Below are positions 9,991 through 22,900 of a stretch of DNA of 64,000 nucleotides, one piece after another (the stretch's first letter is position 1; every line of letters begins with the position of its first letter). The translations under genes and the position numbers were made by a program. Below the pieces are notes generated by a model that ran no database searches, was not told the origin of the DNA, and worked only from the letters and a program-made list of their open reading frames with translations. Source of the DNA: Squalus acanthias (taxonomy: Eukaryota); contig CM059425.1 of NCBI GenBank assembly GCA_030390025.1, positions 170,874,001 to 170,938,000 of the forward strand, read 5' to 3'.

Positions 9991-12900
9991 TTATGCTGAC
10001 TGAAGGGCTCTCAACAGGAGGCCATATCTGCTCTGGGTCTTTAGGGAGCAGATCTGTTGGAGAACGGATTGCAGGAGGGCTCTGATGCCCTGGAAGCCAC
10101 TTTGAACACTGATACCCAGAGCCATGATAACAGCAGTCTCAGCTTCCACTGCAGCACTCAGAAGTTGGGTGGAAGCTGCTTGTGCTGCAATGGAAGCTGA
10201 GACATCGGCCATCAGACGCTGCATCATGGTTGGGTCCACAATTGTGTTGATGGAGATGGCCACCCGCTCCATGTTGGAAAGGATGGTCGGCAAGCTCTGC
10301 ACAAAGCCCTGCGCCAAGTTGGAGCTGGACTCCCCCATGCTCCCTGACATTGAGGGCAGGCTTTCTGGCATGGTTCCCAGTGTACCAAGCATTTGGGTGT
10401 GTACATCCATCAGCCTTCTTCTGTAGCCTGGCCCATCAAAGTCATCATCTGCGTCCTCTGCAGCAGAACTAGTGTCCGACCTCGCCCTCCGGCGAGCTGG
10501 TACCTGCGCTATCCTTTCCCCCGCCCTGGCTGCAGCGCAATTGTGCCCATTGTCTCACCACATGCAGCTCTATCCTATCCTCTAAAATACGCGCAGTGTC
10601 AGTATCTGAGCTGGTGGCTGTGACTGTGAAATCGAGTGGTGGTGCGTCTTCATCTTCACGATCTTCTTGCTCTTCCTCCACTGCCTGGGAAGGTTGCCGT
10701 TCTTGGGTATGTGAAAGGAAAAAGGGACAAGGGTTGGGTTGTGGTGAGGGGAGAGGTAAAAGTAAGAAGTGCAAGCTTATACCATCAGCAGCTTCTCATT
10801 CAGGAGAGATTGTGGGATGAAGGGGAAGTGGGATGTGAGAAGGAGGATTAGGTATGAGGATACCCTCATCTTCAATGGCTTCAGCCCCACCGGTGGCCAC
10901 AGCCTCAGCAATGGCCCTTCCCATAATGGCCAGTACCGTCTCCTCCATGGGGTTAAAACATGCAGGCGCTCCTCTCCCCTTCCGGTTAGTTCATAAGAAC
11001 ATAAGAAATAGGAGCAGGAATAGGCCACTTGGCCCCTCGAGCCTGCTCCGCCATTCAATAAGATCATGGCTGATTTAGGGCTCAAAGCTACTTCCCCGCC
11101 CGCTCCCCATAACCCTTCACTCCCTTATCTTGCAAAAATCTGTCTATCTCCACCTTAAATGTATTTAATAACCCAGCATCCACGCGTCTCTGGGGCAGAG
11201 AATTCGACAGATTTACGACCCTCTGAGAGAAGAAATTCCTCCTCATCTCAGTTCTAAAAGGGCGACCCTTTATTCTAAAACTATGCCCCCGAGTTCTAGA
11301 TTTCCCCACGAGGGGAAACATCCTCTCTGCATCTACCTTGTCGAGCCCCCTCAGTATCTTATATGTTTCAATAAGATCACCTCTCATTCCTCTAAATTCC
11401 AAAGAGTATAGGCCCAGCCTGCTCAACCTTTCCTCATAAGTCAACACCCTCATCTCTGGAATTAACCGTGTGAATCGTCTCTGAACTGCCTCCAATGCAA
11501 ATATATCCTTCCTTAAATAAGGAGACCAAAACTGTACGCAGTACTCAAGGTGTGGTCTCACCAATACCCTGTACAGTTATAGCAGGACTGCCTTTTTGAT
11601 TACTTGCTGTACCTGCATGCTAACTTTTTGTGTTTCATGCACAAGGACCCCCCAGGTCCCGCTGAACTGTAGCATTTTGTAATCTCTCTCCATTTAAATA
11701 ATAATTTGCTTTTTTATTTTTCCTGCCAAAGTGTATAACCCCGCACTTTCCCACATTATACTCCATCTGCCAAATGTTTACCCACTCACTTAGCCTGTCT
11801 ATATCCCTTTGCAGATTCTTTGAGTCCTCTGCACAATTTGCTTTCCCATCCATCTTTGTATCATCCGCAAACTTGGCTACATTACACTCGGTCCCTTCAT
11901 CCAAGTCATTAATGTAGATTGTAAATAGTTGAGGCCCCAGCACCGATCCCTGTGGCACCCCACTAGTTACCGTTTGCCAACCGGAAAATGACCCATTTAT
12001 CCCGACTCTCTGTTTTCTGTTAGTTAGCCAATTCTCTATCCATGCTAATATATTACCCCCAACCCGTGAGCTCTTATCTTATGCAGTAACCTTTTATGCA
12101 GGCACCTTATCGAATGCCTTCTGGAAATCCAAATACACCACATCTACTGGTTCACCTTTGTCCACCCTGCTCGTTACATCCTCAAAGAACTCCAGCAAAT
12201 TTGTTAAACGTGATTTCCCTTTCATAAAACCATGCTGACTCTGCTTGACTGCATTATGATTTTCCAAATGCCCTGCTACTGCTTCCTTAATGAAGGCCTC
12301 CAGCATTTTCCCAATGACAGACGTTAGGCTAACTGGTCTATAGTTTCCTGCTTTCTGTCTCCCTCCTTTCTTAAATAGGGGTGTTACATTTGCAGTTTTC
12401 CAATCCGCTGGGACCTCTCCAGAGTCCAGGGAATTTTGGTATATTGCAACCAATGCATCCACTATCTCTGCAGCCACTTCTTTTAAGATCCTGGGATGCA
12501 GGCCATCTGGTCCAGGGGACTTGTCGTCTTTTAGTCCCATTATTTTACCAAGTACTATTTCCCTAGTGATAGTGATTGTCTTTAGTTCCCCCCTCCCTGT
12601 GGCCCCTTGATTATCTATTTTTGTGATGTTGTTAGTGTCTTCTACCGTGAAGACAGATACAAAATATTTGTTCAGAGTCTCTGCCATTTCCCCGTTCCCC
12701 ATTATTCATTCCCCAGTCTCATCCTCTGAGGGACCAAAGTTTATTTTAGCTGCCCTCTTCCTTTTTATATACCTGTAGAAGCTCTTATATTGTTTTAATG
12801 TTTCTTGCCAGTTTTCTCTCATAATTCATCTTCTCTCTCTTTATTATTTTTTTAGTCATCCTTTGCAGGTTTTAAAAATTTCCCAATCATCTCGTCTCCC

Positions 12901-13889
12901 ACCAATCTTGGCAACATTGTATGCCTTCATTTTCAATTTGATACCATCCTTTACTTCCTTAGTTAGCCACGGATGGTGCTCCCTTCTCTTAAAATCTTTC
13001 TTTCTCACTGGAATATATTTTTGTTGAGAGTTATGAAATATCTCCTTAAATGTCTGCCACTGCATTTCAACTGTCTTGCCCTTTAATTTATTTTTCCAGT
13101 CCACCTTAGCCAGTTCTGCCCTCATGCCATTGTAATTGCCTTTGTTTGAGATCAGGACACTGGTTTGAGATACAACTTTCTCACCCTCCAACTGAATTTG
13201 AAATTCAACCACACTATGATCACTCTTTCCTAGAGGATCCTTTACTATGAGATAATTTATTAATTCTGTCTCATTACACAGTACCAGATCCAAGATAGCC
13301 TGCTCCCTGGTTGGTTTCATTACATACTGTTCTAGGAAACCATTCCTGCTGCCTCTGGTTGCGGCTATCTTCTCTTGCAAGAGAGAGGGCAGTGTGTCAG
13401 TGAGTGTCGTGCAATCTGTGTGGTGATGTGGCTGCCATGGTTGAATAGCTGGTTGTGCACAAGCTGTGAGATGTGGGTTTGAGGCTTGCAACAGTGCTAA
13501 GTGTGTGAGGGTGAGGTGAAGTATATGAATGTTAGGTATGAGTCCTGATTGATAGAGATTGTTGGTAGGTAAGTGATGGGGGTGTGGTGAATTGAGCAAT
13601 GGCTGAGACTAGTGGTGCAGTTGATAGGATATGGCATTTAAAGATTCATTCACAGACCTTGACTACTTGTGTGAGATCATTAAACTTCCTCCTGCACTGC
13701 ATCCATGTTCTTGGAGCTAAGCTCCTTGCATTGACCTCCTCCGCTATCTCTTGCCACTGCCTTCTAAGCATGTTTCTGGAAGGCCCTTGGCCCCCCTGAG
13801 AACATCTCTCCTCTGTTCAACCTCTTCCTCCAAGACCTCCAATGCAGCGTCCGAAAACATTGGTTCACGCTCTCTCCCATGGTCAGCCA
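9991..13889 (-). pseudogene. Harbinger Myb/SANT-like DNA-binding ORF (multi-exon, decayed, split by CR1)
   Basis: Exon 1 MADHGREREPMFSDAALEVLEEEVEQRRDVL...WQEIAEEVNARSLAPRTWMQCRRKFNDL (~13660-13889). Exon 2 is split at ~13343/10992. Coiled-coil-like C-terminal part at 9991-10410. Confidence 0.75.
10993..13342 (-). mobile_element. CR1 LINE, 5'-truncated (APE end plus RT), frameshifted
   Basis: ORFs 12856-13599 (part), 12094-12702, 11635-11958 and 11088-11564 with [36 protein letters not shown]. Confidence 0.95.
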
Positions 13890-14802
13890 TTGTTGATTGT
13901 TGCACAGCACATTATTCCCAATGTTCTCCACACCTCCAGCAGCCACAATGCACCTTACCTTTAAGCAGTACAGGCTAGTTTTAAGTAGTACAGGCTAGCT
14001 TTAAGTAGTGCTAGGAAGTAAACATATTGGGGCCTCTGCTGATGTGTGCAGCCAATGAAGAGCGCGGTTAGAGCTGGCTGCATGCAGAAATCATTATAAT
14101 GGGCAGGCAGCACAAAATTGGTGTGCTGCCTGCATTACACTGAACGGACGCAGGTAATTCACGCATCGCGATCCCCGTTCCCATTTTTGGGGGCTATCCA
14201 ATTTAACCCCCAATGGCTTTTGTCTTTCCAGTGTTTAATAGGAGGAAATTATGGCTTATCCAAGACCGGATGTTGAACAAGCAATTTGACAACATAAAGG
14301 CAGTGAAGAGTTCACGACAGTTGGTAGAGCATTGGAATTGTGTGTCATTCGTGTACATATGGAAACTGATCCCAAGTCTTCGGATGATGTCGCCAAGGGG
14401 CAGAATGTAGATGAGGAAGAGAAGGGGGACTCCAGTGGTAACAGTGAGGGGGAGGCGGAAATAGAAGTCATTGTTGGAGATGCTCTGGATACAAATGGAT
14501 AGCTAAGAATGGAAACAAACATGGGTAGTCCTGCTGAACTGGGCAATGGAGAAATGCGTTAAAAAAGGATAGTGTGTTTGGCTGGGCTAAGCCTGATTTG
14601 AGAGATTCAAACATAGAGTTGTGGGAAATATGGGCATGGATTTTGGAAACAACAACATGTTCAAGGACTTTGGTTAGGTTCCAAAGTAGTTTGCAAGGAC
14701 GGGGGCCAAGGGTGGTGGTTTTGAGGAAGGGGTTGTGACCGTGATTTTGAAAGAAAGGGGGACAGTACCCGAGGAGAAGAAACCATTTACAATGTCTGCC
14801 AG

Positions 14803-15040
14803 CATAGGAACAGGAGTAGGCCATTCAGCCCCTCGAGCCTGTTCCGACATTCAACTAGATCATGGCTGATCTGTGCCTCAACTCCATTTACCCACCTTTG
14901 CTCCATATCCCTTGATACCCTTACCCAACAAAAATCTATCAAGCTCAGTTTTGACATTTTCAATTGACCTAGCCTCAACAGATTTTTGAGGGAGAGAGTT
15001 CCAGATTTCCGCTACCCTTTGTGTGAAGAAACGCTTCCTG
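14803..15040 (-). mobile_element. CR1 3' end fragment
   Basis: ataggaacaggagtaggccattcagcccctcgagcctg is the reverse complement of the CR1 3' UTR. Confidence 0.8.
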
Positions 15041-15179
15041 AGGTGGGCCAGGAAGGGAAGTTCAGTTGTAGCAATTTAGTGGGACTGGGGTCAAGGGAGC
15101 AAGAGGGGCGTCTTATGGACAAGATGAGTGCAGAGAATGTATGATGGGAGATAGGAGAGAAACTAGAAAAAGGCGCATA

Positions 15180-17991
15180 ATGTGGAGAAATGTGAGGTTA
15201 TTCACTTCGGTAGGAAGAATAGAAAAACAGAATACGTTTTAAATGGTGAGAAACTATTAAATGTTGGTGTTCAGAGAGATTTAGGTGTCCTCATGCAGGA
15301 AACACAGAAATGCAGGTACATCAAGCAATTAGGAAGGCAAATGGCATGTTGGCCTTTATTGCAAGGGGGTTGGAGTACAAGAGTAAGGAAGTCTTACTAC
15401 AATTGTACAGGGCTTTGGTGCGACCACACCTGGAGTACTGTGCACAATTGTGTCCTCCTTATCTGAGAAAGGACATACTTGCCTTAGAGGCGGTGCAACG
15501 AAGGTTCACTAGATTGACCCCTGGGATGAGAAGTTTGTCCTATGAGGAGAGATTGAGTAAATTGGGCCTATACTCTCTGGAGTTTAGAAGAATGAGAGGT
15601 GATCTCATTGAAACATAAAAGATAGGGCGTATAAAATAGCCAAAAAAAGCGCCAGAGCGGAAGATTGGGAACAGTTTAAGATAGAGCAAAGGAGGACAAA
15701 GGGCTTAATCAAGAGGGGCAAAATAGCTTACGAAAGCAAGCTGGCGGAAAATATAAAAACTAACTCCAAAAGCTTTTATAAGTATATCAAGAGGAAAAGA
15801 CTGGTGAAAACCAAAGTTGGTCCATTGCAGTCAGATACGGGGGAATATATAACGGGAAATAAGGAAATGGCAGACCAACTAAATGCATACTTTGGGTCAG
15901 TCTTTACGAAGGAAGACACAAAAAACCTCCCTGGGATATCGGGAAAAATAGGGACATTGGCAAAGGAGGAACTGACGCAAATCAATATCTCTAAGGATAT
16001 GGTGTTAAGGAAGCTAAAGGGATTGAAGGCGGACAAATCCCCAGGGCCTGATAACATGCATCCTAGGGTACTGAAGGAGGTGGCCCTAGAGATAGCGGAT
16101 GCACTAAGTATGATTTTTCAGAATTCATTAGACTCGGGAACAGTGCCCATGGATTGGAGGGTAGCTAACGTTACCCCACTATTCAAAAAGGGGGGTAGGG
16201 AAAAAGCAGGTAATTACAGACCTGTAAGCCTTACATCAGTTGTGGGCAAAATGCTGGAGTCCATCATTAAGGATGAAATAGCGGAGCACTTAGCAAATGG
16301 GGACAGGATAGGACAGAGTCAACATGGATTTACAAAGGGTAAATCGTGCTTGACTAATCTATTGGAATTTTTTGAGGGAGTAACTGGTAAAATAGATGGG
16401 GGAGAGCCAGTAGATGTGGTGTACCTGGACTTCCAAAAGGCCTTCGATAAGGTCCCACATAAAAGATTAGCAGGGAAAATTGAAGCTCATGGGATAAAGG
16501 GGAAAGTATTGACGTGGATAGAGAACTGGCTGTCAGATAGAAAACAGAGAGTTGGAATAAACGGCTCATTTTCTGAATGGCAAGCAGTAACAAGTGGGGT
16601 ACCACAGGGATCTGTCCTGGGTCCCCAGCTGTTCACAATTTACATTAATGACCTGGATCAGGGAGTCGGATGCAGCATTTCCAAATTTGCAGACGACACT
16701 AAACTAGGAGGGGGGGTGGGCTCAGAGGAGGAGACCAGGAAGCTCCAGAGCGATTTGGACAGACTGGGTGATTGGGCGGATAAATGGCAGATGCACTATA
16801 ATGTGGACAAGTGCGAAGTTATCCACCTTGGGTGCAGGAACGGGAGGGCAAATTATTATTTAAATGGCAATAAATTGGGAGAGGGGGAAGTACAGAGAGA
16901 CCTGGGTGTTCTTGTACACCAGTCACTGAAGGCGAGCATGCAGGTGCAACAGGCGGTCAAGAAGGCAAACGGTATGCTGGCCTTCATAGCAAAAGGGTTG
17001 GAATACAGGAACAGGGATACCTTGCTGCAGCTGTACAGGGCACTGGTGAGACCACACCTCGAGTACTGTGTACAGTTTTGGTCGCCTCATCTGAGGAAAG
17101 ATGTTCTTGCCATGGAGGGGGTGCAGCGGCGATTCACCAGGCTGATACCAGGAATGGCGGGATTGACCTATGAGGAGAGACTATGTAGTTTAGGGATGTA
17201 CACACTGGAGTTTAGAAGATTGAGAGGGGACCTCATAGAAGTGTATAACATTCTGACAGGTCTAGACAGACTAGATGCAGAAGGAATGTTTCCCTTGGCG
17301 GGTGAGAACAGAACTAGAGGACATAATTTAAGGATAAAGGCTAAACCATTTAGGACAGAAATGAGGGGGAATTTCTTCACTCAGAGGGTGGTGAACCTGT
17401 GGAACTCATTGCCACAGAGGGCAGTGTACGCCAGCTCATTAAATATATTTAAGAGGGAATTAGATATATTTCTACAGGCAAAAGGGGTTAAGGGTTACGG
17501 AGAGAAGGCGGGGACGGGATACTGAATTGGAGGATCAGCCATGATCTCATTAAATGGCGGAGCAGGCTCGAAGGGCCGGATGGCCTACTCCTGCTCCTAT
17601 CTTCTATGTATCTATGTATCTATGTATTCTGAGGGGTTTGACAGGGTAGATGCTGAGAGGTTGTTTCCCCTGGCTGCAGAGTCTAGAACTAGGAGGTATA
17701 GTCTGAGGATAAGGGGTCGGCCATTTAAGACTGAGATGAGGAGGAATTTCTTCACTCAGATGGTTGTGAATCTTTGGAATTCTCTACCCATAAGGGCTGT
17801 GGATGCTGATTCATTGAATATATTCAAGGCTGAGATAGATTTTTGGACTCTAGAGGAATCAAGGAATATGGGGATCGGGCAGGAAAGTGGAGTTGAGGTC
17901 AAAGATCAGCCATGATCTTATTGAATGGCGGAGCAGGCTCGAGGGCCTTATGGCCTACTCCTGCTCCTAATTCTTATGTTCTTATGTTCCT
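15180..17991 (+). mobile_element. Older CR1 3' fragment (15180-15620 plus 17626-17991) split by a younger CR1
   Basis: ...RGDLIET at 15618 resumes as ttctgaggggtttgacagggtagatgct at ~17627; tail ttcttatgttcttatgttcc. Confidence 0.85.
15621..17525 (+). CDS. CR1 ORF2 reverse transcriptase of a young 5'-truncated CR1 (element ~15621-17625)
   Basis: Frame is open from 15621 to the stop at 17525 (573-aa ORF from GTG 15804). RT motifs YLDFQKAFDKVPH, GVPQGSVLGP, KFADDTK. (TATCTATG)n tail. Confidence 0.9.
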   Translation, partial: DRAYKIAKKSARAEDWEQFKIEQRRTKGLIKRGKIAYESKLAENIKTNSKSFYKYIKRKRLVKTKVGPLQSDTGEYITGNKEMADQLNAYFGSVFTKEDTKNLPGISGKIGTLAKEELTQINISKDMVLRKLKGLKADKSPGPDNMHPRVLKEVALEIADALSMIFQNSLDSGTVPMDWRVANVTPLFKKGGREKAGNYRPVSLTSVVGKMLESIIKDEIAEHLANGDRIGQSQHGFTKGKSCLTNLLEFFEGVTGKIDGGEPVDVVYLDFQKAFDKVPHKRLAGKIEAHGIKGKVLTWIENWLSDRKQRVGINGSFSEWQAVTSGVPQGSVLGPQLFTIYINDLDQGVGCSISKFADDTKLGGGVGSEEETRKLQSDLDRLGDWADKWQMHYNVDKCEVIHLGCRNGRANYYLNGNKLGEGEVQRDLGVLVHQSLKASMQVQQAVKKANGMLAFIAKGLEYRNRDTLLQLYRALVRPHLEYCVQFWSPHLRKDVLAMEGVQRRFTRLIPGMAGLTYEERLCSLGMYTLEFRRLRGDLIEVYNILTGLDRLDAEGMFPLAGENRTRGHNLRIKAKPFRTEMRGNFFTQRVVNLWNSLPQRAVYASSLNIFKRELDIFLQAKGVKGYGEKAGTGY

Positions 17992-19049
17992 ATGAGTGCA
18001 GGGCTAGGGCAGGGGAGAGCCTTGGGGCAGGTTTGGCTTGGTGGGCAAGGGGAAGGAGGGAAGCAGCAGAAACAGCAGAACAGATGGTCTCTATCTTAGT
18101 GACAAAGAAGTCCATGAGCTCCTTGTGCTTGTTGATGCAGGTCAGGGTGGGTGGGACAGGAGGGACGGGTTTAAGAAGACGGTTGGTAGTGGAGAAAAGA
18201 AACCGGGGGTTATCTTCTCTTCAGGATGATCCTAGAGTAGTCAGTAGTTCTGGCAGCAGAGAGTAATGCCCAATAGCGCTTGATGTGGTCCAGCCAGATC
18301 TGGTGATTACTGGGGACAAGAGCATCAACGTTGAAGATGAGGGAGTGGTAGCACAGATCAACAGCTGTAGGAGTATTGTGGTGAATTAAAGGCCAAAGGC
18401 TAGGCAATTGGCAGCTTCAAAGTGCAATTGTAAGTGACTTGGGGCAGAGATTTTTCCAGGGGTGAATGCAGAAGGAAGTGGAGTTGGAAAGGGATAGGAA
18501 GATGAGGGTGGTGAGGTGTACAAGGAAGATGGACTTGTCTATGATTGAGACCATAAAAGTAGGAAAGCCATGTGAGATGGAAAGGTAAAGGGTGGGTAGG
18601 AGAGTTTATATGGAGAGAGAGGTTTAGGGAGGACAGGAGGGCAGTGAACTCAGAGGCGAGAGGATAAGATGAGTTAAGATGAAGATTAAAGTCATAGAGG
18701 ATGAGGAGTTACTCAGCGCAGAAACTGAGGTAGCAAAAGAGGGAGGATATCTCGAGAAGAAAGTCAGGGTGGGGTTTGGGGTGGTAGAAAACAAGTGAGG
18801 GGGTATAACAAGATGAGGTGTTCGAAGGAGGAGAAGGTACCAGAAAAGTAGGACAGAGATCAAGTTGTGATTTTAAAAGTCATTTTAATGTTCACACATT
18901 TCTGTTCATGAATATCACAAAATCATTAATCCTGCTCAGCAAAAACAGCAATCAGCTTGTACCAAAATAAAATATATATAACAAAAGGAAAGCAGTTCTT
19001 GATTACAAATACATATACCCCAATCATGCCTCCCTCTTCCTTTTTTTGC

Positions 19050-19620
19050 TATAATTACAAGGGAACATTCATTAGAATTATCTCACCTTTATAGCCGGAG
19101 GTGATTGAAACATAAATCCCCAGTGTTGTTTTAGATAGGACTGCCCGTCAATGATTTCTCAGGACAGTGAGTCTATTGTATTACTGGGATTGATAGGGGA
19201 GATGGGGTGATAGATACCTGGAAGGTGTTACACTTGAAAGATAGAAAATATTCTTTCTTTGTTGCATACAACAATTATTTCAGACTAGAATTGTGCTTTC
19301 CAAATCTGCAGCTCTAATTTTAGTGAAAGCAGTGATTGATGTGATTAATGTTTCTGAATATGCATCAATTTGGGTCAACTTCAGTCTTCACTCCCCAGGA
19401 GAGCCAAACAAGAGTTTCTTCCAGGACTGAGAAATGCAAAGTAGCTGAAACCAGAAATAGTAGCGTATTTCCAATTAAATGAATCCCAGGAAATTGGTGT
19501 AGTCACAGAATAGTGCATAGTGAATGCGGTGCGGAATGCCTGACTTTGTCACATGCCAAGGAGATAAACTTGGTAAAATGAAATTGAAGAACTAGAGGCA
19601 GATATTTAGAAACTGGACCG
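19050..19620 (+). mobile_element. Ancient L1-type LINE ORF2 fragment (end of APE plus linker)
   Basis: Decayed translation MGVIDTWKVLHLKDRKYSFF...NKSFFQD...EIVAYFQLNESQEI...EIEELEADI. Confidence 0.65.
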
Positions 19621-19900
19621 TCAGCATTCCTTGCAGCTCGTATACTGATCCCGGTGGACCAGCTGGGCCCCGGGTCGCGCTGCGCAAGGCCCCTCCCCTT
19701 TAAGAAGGGGAGGATGGCCTGCAATACCACGGCACATAGCACCGCGATATTCCCTCGCAGCGCCCCAAGAGGGAGGCGAGACGCTTCCGGTAGTGCCCCG
19801 CTTCCCTCTTGGGGCGCTACCACTCAATTTCGGCCGCGGGGGCGTTAAGCGCCCCAGCGAAGTTAGCTCCCCAAAGGGGGCGCGACTCAATTTTTCCCCC
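19621..19900 (-). mobile_element. Partial inverted copy of the GC-rich MITE at 27224-27999
   Basis: Ends ccccaaagggggcgcgactcaattttttccccc, the reverse complement of the 27224 terminus. Confidence 0.85.
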
Positions 19901-19934
19901 TAATAATCTTAACTGAGATCTGAATTAGCTCTAA

Positions 19935-22900
19935 AACATCGGATTTCGGAGCTTGAGCAGCAGCTGGCGTCACTGCGGTGCATCCGTAAGGCTGAGAGCT
20001 ACGTGGATAGCACGTTTCAGGAGGTGGTCACCCTGCAGCGTAAGAGTGTGCAGGCAGAGAGGGAATGGGTGACCGTCAGACAGACAAGGAGGACCAGGCA
20101 GGTAGTGCAGGAGTCCCCTGAGTGCATCTCGCTCTCCAACCACTGGTGAGGACAATGGTTCCTCTGGGGAGTACAGCCAGAGCCAAGTCCATGGCAGCAC
20201 GGGTGGCTCAGCTGTACAGGGGGGGAGGAGAAAATTCGGGAAAGCACTAGTGATGGGAGATTCGATAGTTAGGGGAACAGACAGGTGTTTCTGCGGCCGC
20301 ATACGTGATTCCAGGATGGTATGTTGCCTCCCTGATGCCAGGGTCAAGGATGTCACTGAGCAGCTGCAGAACATTCTGAGGGGGGAGGTTGAACAGCCAG
20401 AGGTCGTGGTCGATATTGGTATCAACGACATAGGTAGGAAGAGGGATGAGGCAGATTTTAGGGAGCTAGGAAAGAGATTAAAGAGATTAAAAAGCAGGAA
20501 CTCAAAGGTAGTAACCTCCGGATTACTCCCGGTGCCATGAGCCAGTGAGTATAGAAATAGGAAGATAGAGCAGATGAATGCGTGCCTGGAGAGATGGTGC
20601 AGGAGGGAGGGCTTTATATTCCTGGGACATTGGGACCAGTTCTGGGGGAGATGGGACCTGTACAGAGCCGGTACCAATGTCCTCGCAGGGGGTTTGCTAG
20701 TGCTGTTGGGGAGGGTTTAAACTAATTTTGCAGGGGGATGAGCACCAGGATGTAGCTTTAGAAAGGAGAAACAAGGTGCATAAAGGATTGGGAGAGACAG
20801 ATAGCACTAGAGTAAGAAATAGTACGGTATTAGGTGGGGTCAGACTAAGAGAGAATACAAGAAGGTCTAAGATAGGTTTACAGTGCAAGTGTGTGAATGC
20901 ACGAAGTGTGGTAAATAAGGGTGGTGAGATGCAGGCACAAATAGACACATGGGAATATGATGTTGTGGTGATAACGGAGACCTGGCTCAAAAAAGGGCAG
21001 GATTGGGTTCTAAATATTCCTGGATATAAGGTGTTCAGGAAAGATAGGGAAAGAAAGAAAGGAGGTGGGGTGTCAGTATTGATTAAGGAGAATATCACAG
21101 TGCTGGAGAGAGAGGATGTCCTGGAGGGGTCAAGGACAGAATCCATTTGGTTAGAGTTGAGAAACAATAGAGGTGCCATTACACTACTAGGTGTATTCAA
21201 AAGGCTGTCAACTAGTGGGAAGGATATAGAGGAGCATATTTGCAGGTAAATTACAGAGAAGTACAAGAACTATAGAGTAGTGATAATGGGGGACTTCAAC
21301 TATCCTAATATAGATTGGGATAGTAATTGTGTAAAGGGCAGAGAGGGGGAAGAATTTCTGAAGTGTGTTCAGGAGAACATTCTTGATCAGTAAGTTTCTG
21401 ACCCAACAAGGAAGGAGGCATTGCTGGATCTGGTTCTGGGGAATGAGGTGGGTCAAGTAGAGCAAGTGTCAGTAGGGGAACATTTAGGGAACAGTGATAA
21501 CAGTATCATAAGGTTTAGACTAGCTATGGAAAAAGACAAGGAGCGATCGAGAGTAAGAATACTTAATTGGAGGAAAGCCAATTTCAGTGGGTTGAGAATG
21601 GATCTATCCTGGGTTAATTGGAGTCAAATATTGGCAGGCAAAACTGTAATCGAACAATGGGCTGCCTTTAAAGAGGAGATGGTTCGGGTACAGTTGAGGT
21701 ACATTCCCACAAGGGGGAAAGGTAGGGCAACCAAAGCCAGAGCTCCCTGGATGACGAAATAGATAGAGAGTAAGATGAAGCAGAAAAAGGGGGCGTATGA
21801 CAGATGTCAGGTTGAGAATACAAGTGAGAATGAGGCTGAATATAGAAAGTTCAGAGGGGAAGTGAAAAAGAAAATAAGAAGGGAAAAGAGGGAGTATGAG
21901 AATAGATTGACAGCTAACATAAAAGGGAATCCAAAAGTCTTCTATAGGCATATAAATAGTAAACGGGTAGTAAGAAGTGTGGTGGGGCCGATTAGGGACC
22001 AAAAAGGAGACCTACGCATGGAGGCAGAGGGCATGGCTGAGGTACTAAATTATTACTTTGCATCTGTCTTTACCAAGGAAGAAGATGCTGCCAAAGTCAT
22101 AGTGAAAGAGGAGGTAGTTGAGATACTAGATGTGATAAAAATTGATAAGGAGGAGGTACGAGAAAGGCTAGCTGTACTTAAAGTAGATAAGTCACCAGGA
22201 CCGGATGGAATGCATCCTAGGATGCTGAGGGAAGTAAAGGTGGAAATTGCGGAGGTACTGGCCATAATCTTCGAATCCTCCTTGGATACGGGGCTGGTGC
22301 CAGAGCTCTGAAGAATTGCAAATGTTACACCCTTGTTCAAAAAAGGGTGTAAGGATAAACCCAGCAACTGCAGGCCAGTCAGTTTAACCTCGGTAGTGGG
22401 GAAGCTTTTAGAAATGATAATCCGGGACAAAATTAACAGCCACTTGGACAAGTATGGATTAATTAAGGAAAACCAGCATGGATTTGTTAAAGGCAAATCA
22501 TGTTTAACTAACTTGAATGTGTTTTTGATGAGGTAACAGAGAGGTTTGATGAGGGTAATGCAGTTGATGTGGTATACATGGACTTCCAAAAGGCGCTTGA
22601 TAAAGTGCCACATAATAGGCTTGTCAGCAAAGTTGAAACCCATGGAATAAAAGAGTCAGTGTCAGCATGGATATGAAATTGGCTTAGTGACAGGAAACAG
22701 AAAGTAGTGGTGAACAGTTGCTTTTTGGACTGGAGGACAGTATACAGTAGTGTTCCCCAGGGGTCGGTACTAGGACCACTGCTTTTCTTGATATATATTA
22801 ATGACTTAGATTTGGGAGTACAGAGCACAATTTCAAAATTTGCAGATGACACAAAACTTGGAAGTATAGTGAACAGTGAGGAGGATAGTCATAGACTTCA

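Larger units (their letters stand above)
1435..14211. mobile_element. Harbinger-derived composite element inserted in L2, with many nested insertions
   Basis: Termini GGGGGCAAAATTGG (1435) and CCAATTTAACCCCC (to 14211). The flanks rejoin to L2 sequence gaagacaatggctttt, as in the uninterrupted copy near 60856. Myb/SANT exons inside. Confidence 0.7.
14212..18860 (-). mobile_element. L2 LINE continuation (pieces ~14212-14800, 15041-15175, 17992-18860) interrupted by CR1 insertions
   Basis: Directly continues the sequence cut at 1434; decayed KVLEHVV...SHNSMFESL RT-like motif; purine-rich plus strand typical of antisense L2. Confidence 0.6.

Noticed and set aside
12856..13599. 247-aa ORF with a novel N-terminus
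   Set aside because: Read-through from Harbinger Myb intron/exon sequence into the inserted CR1 endonuclease region.
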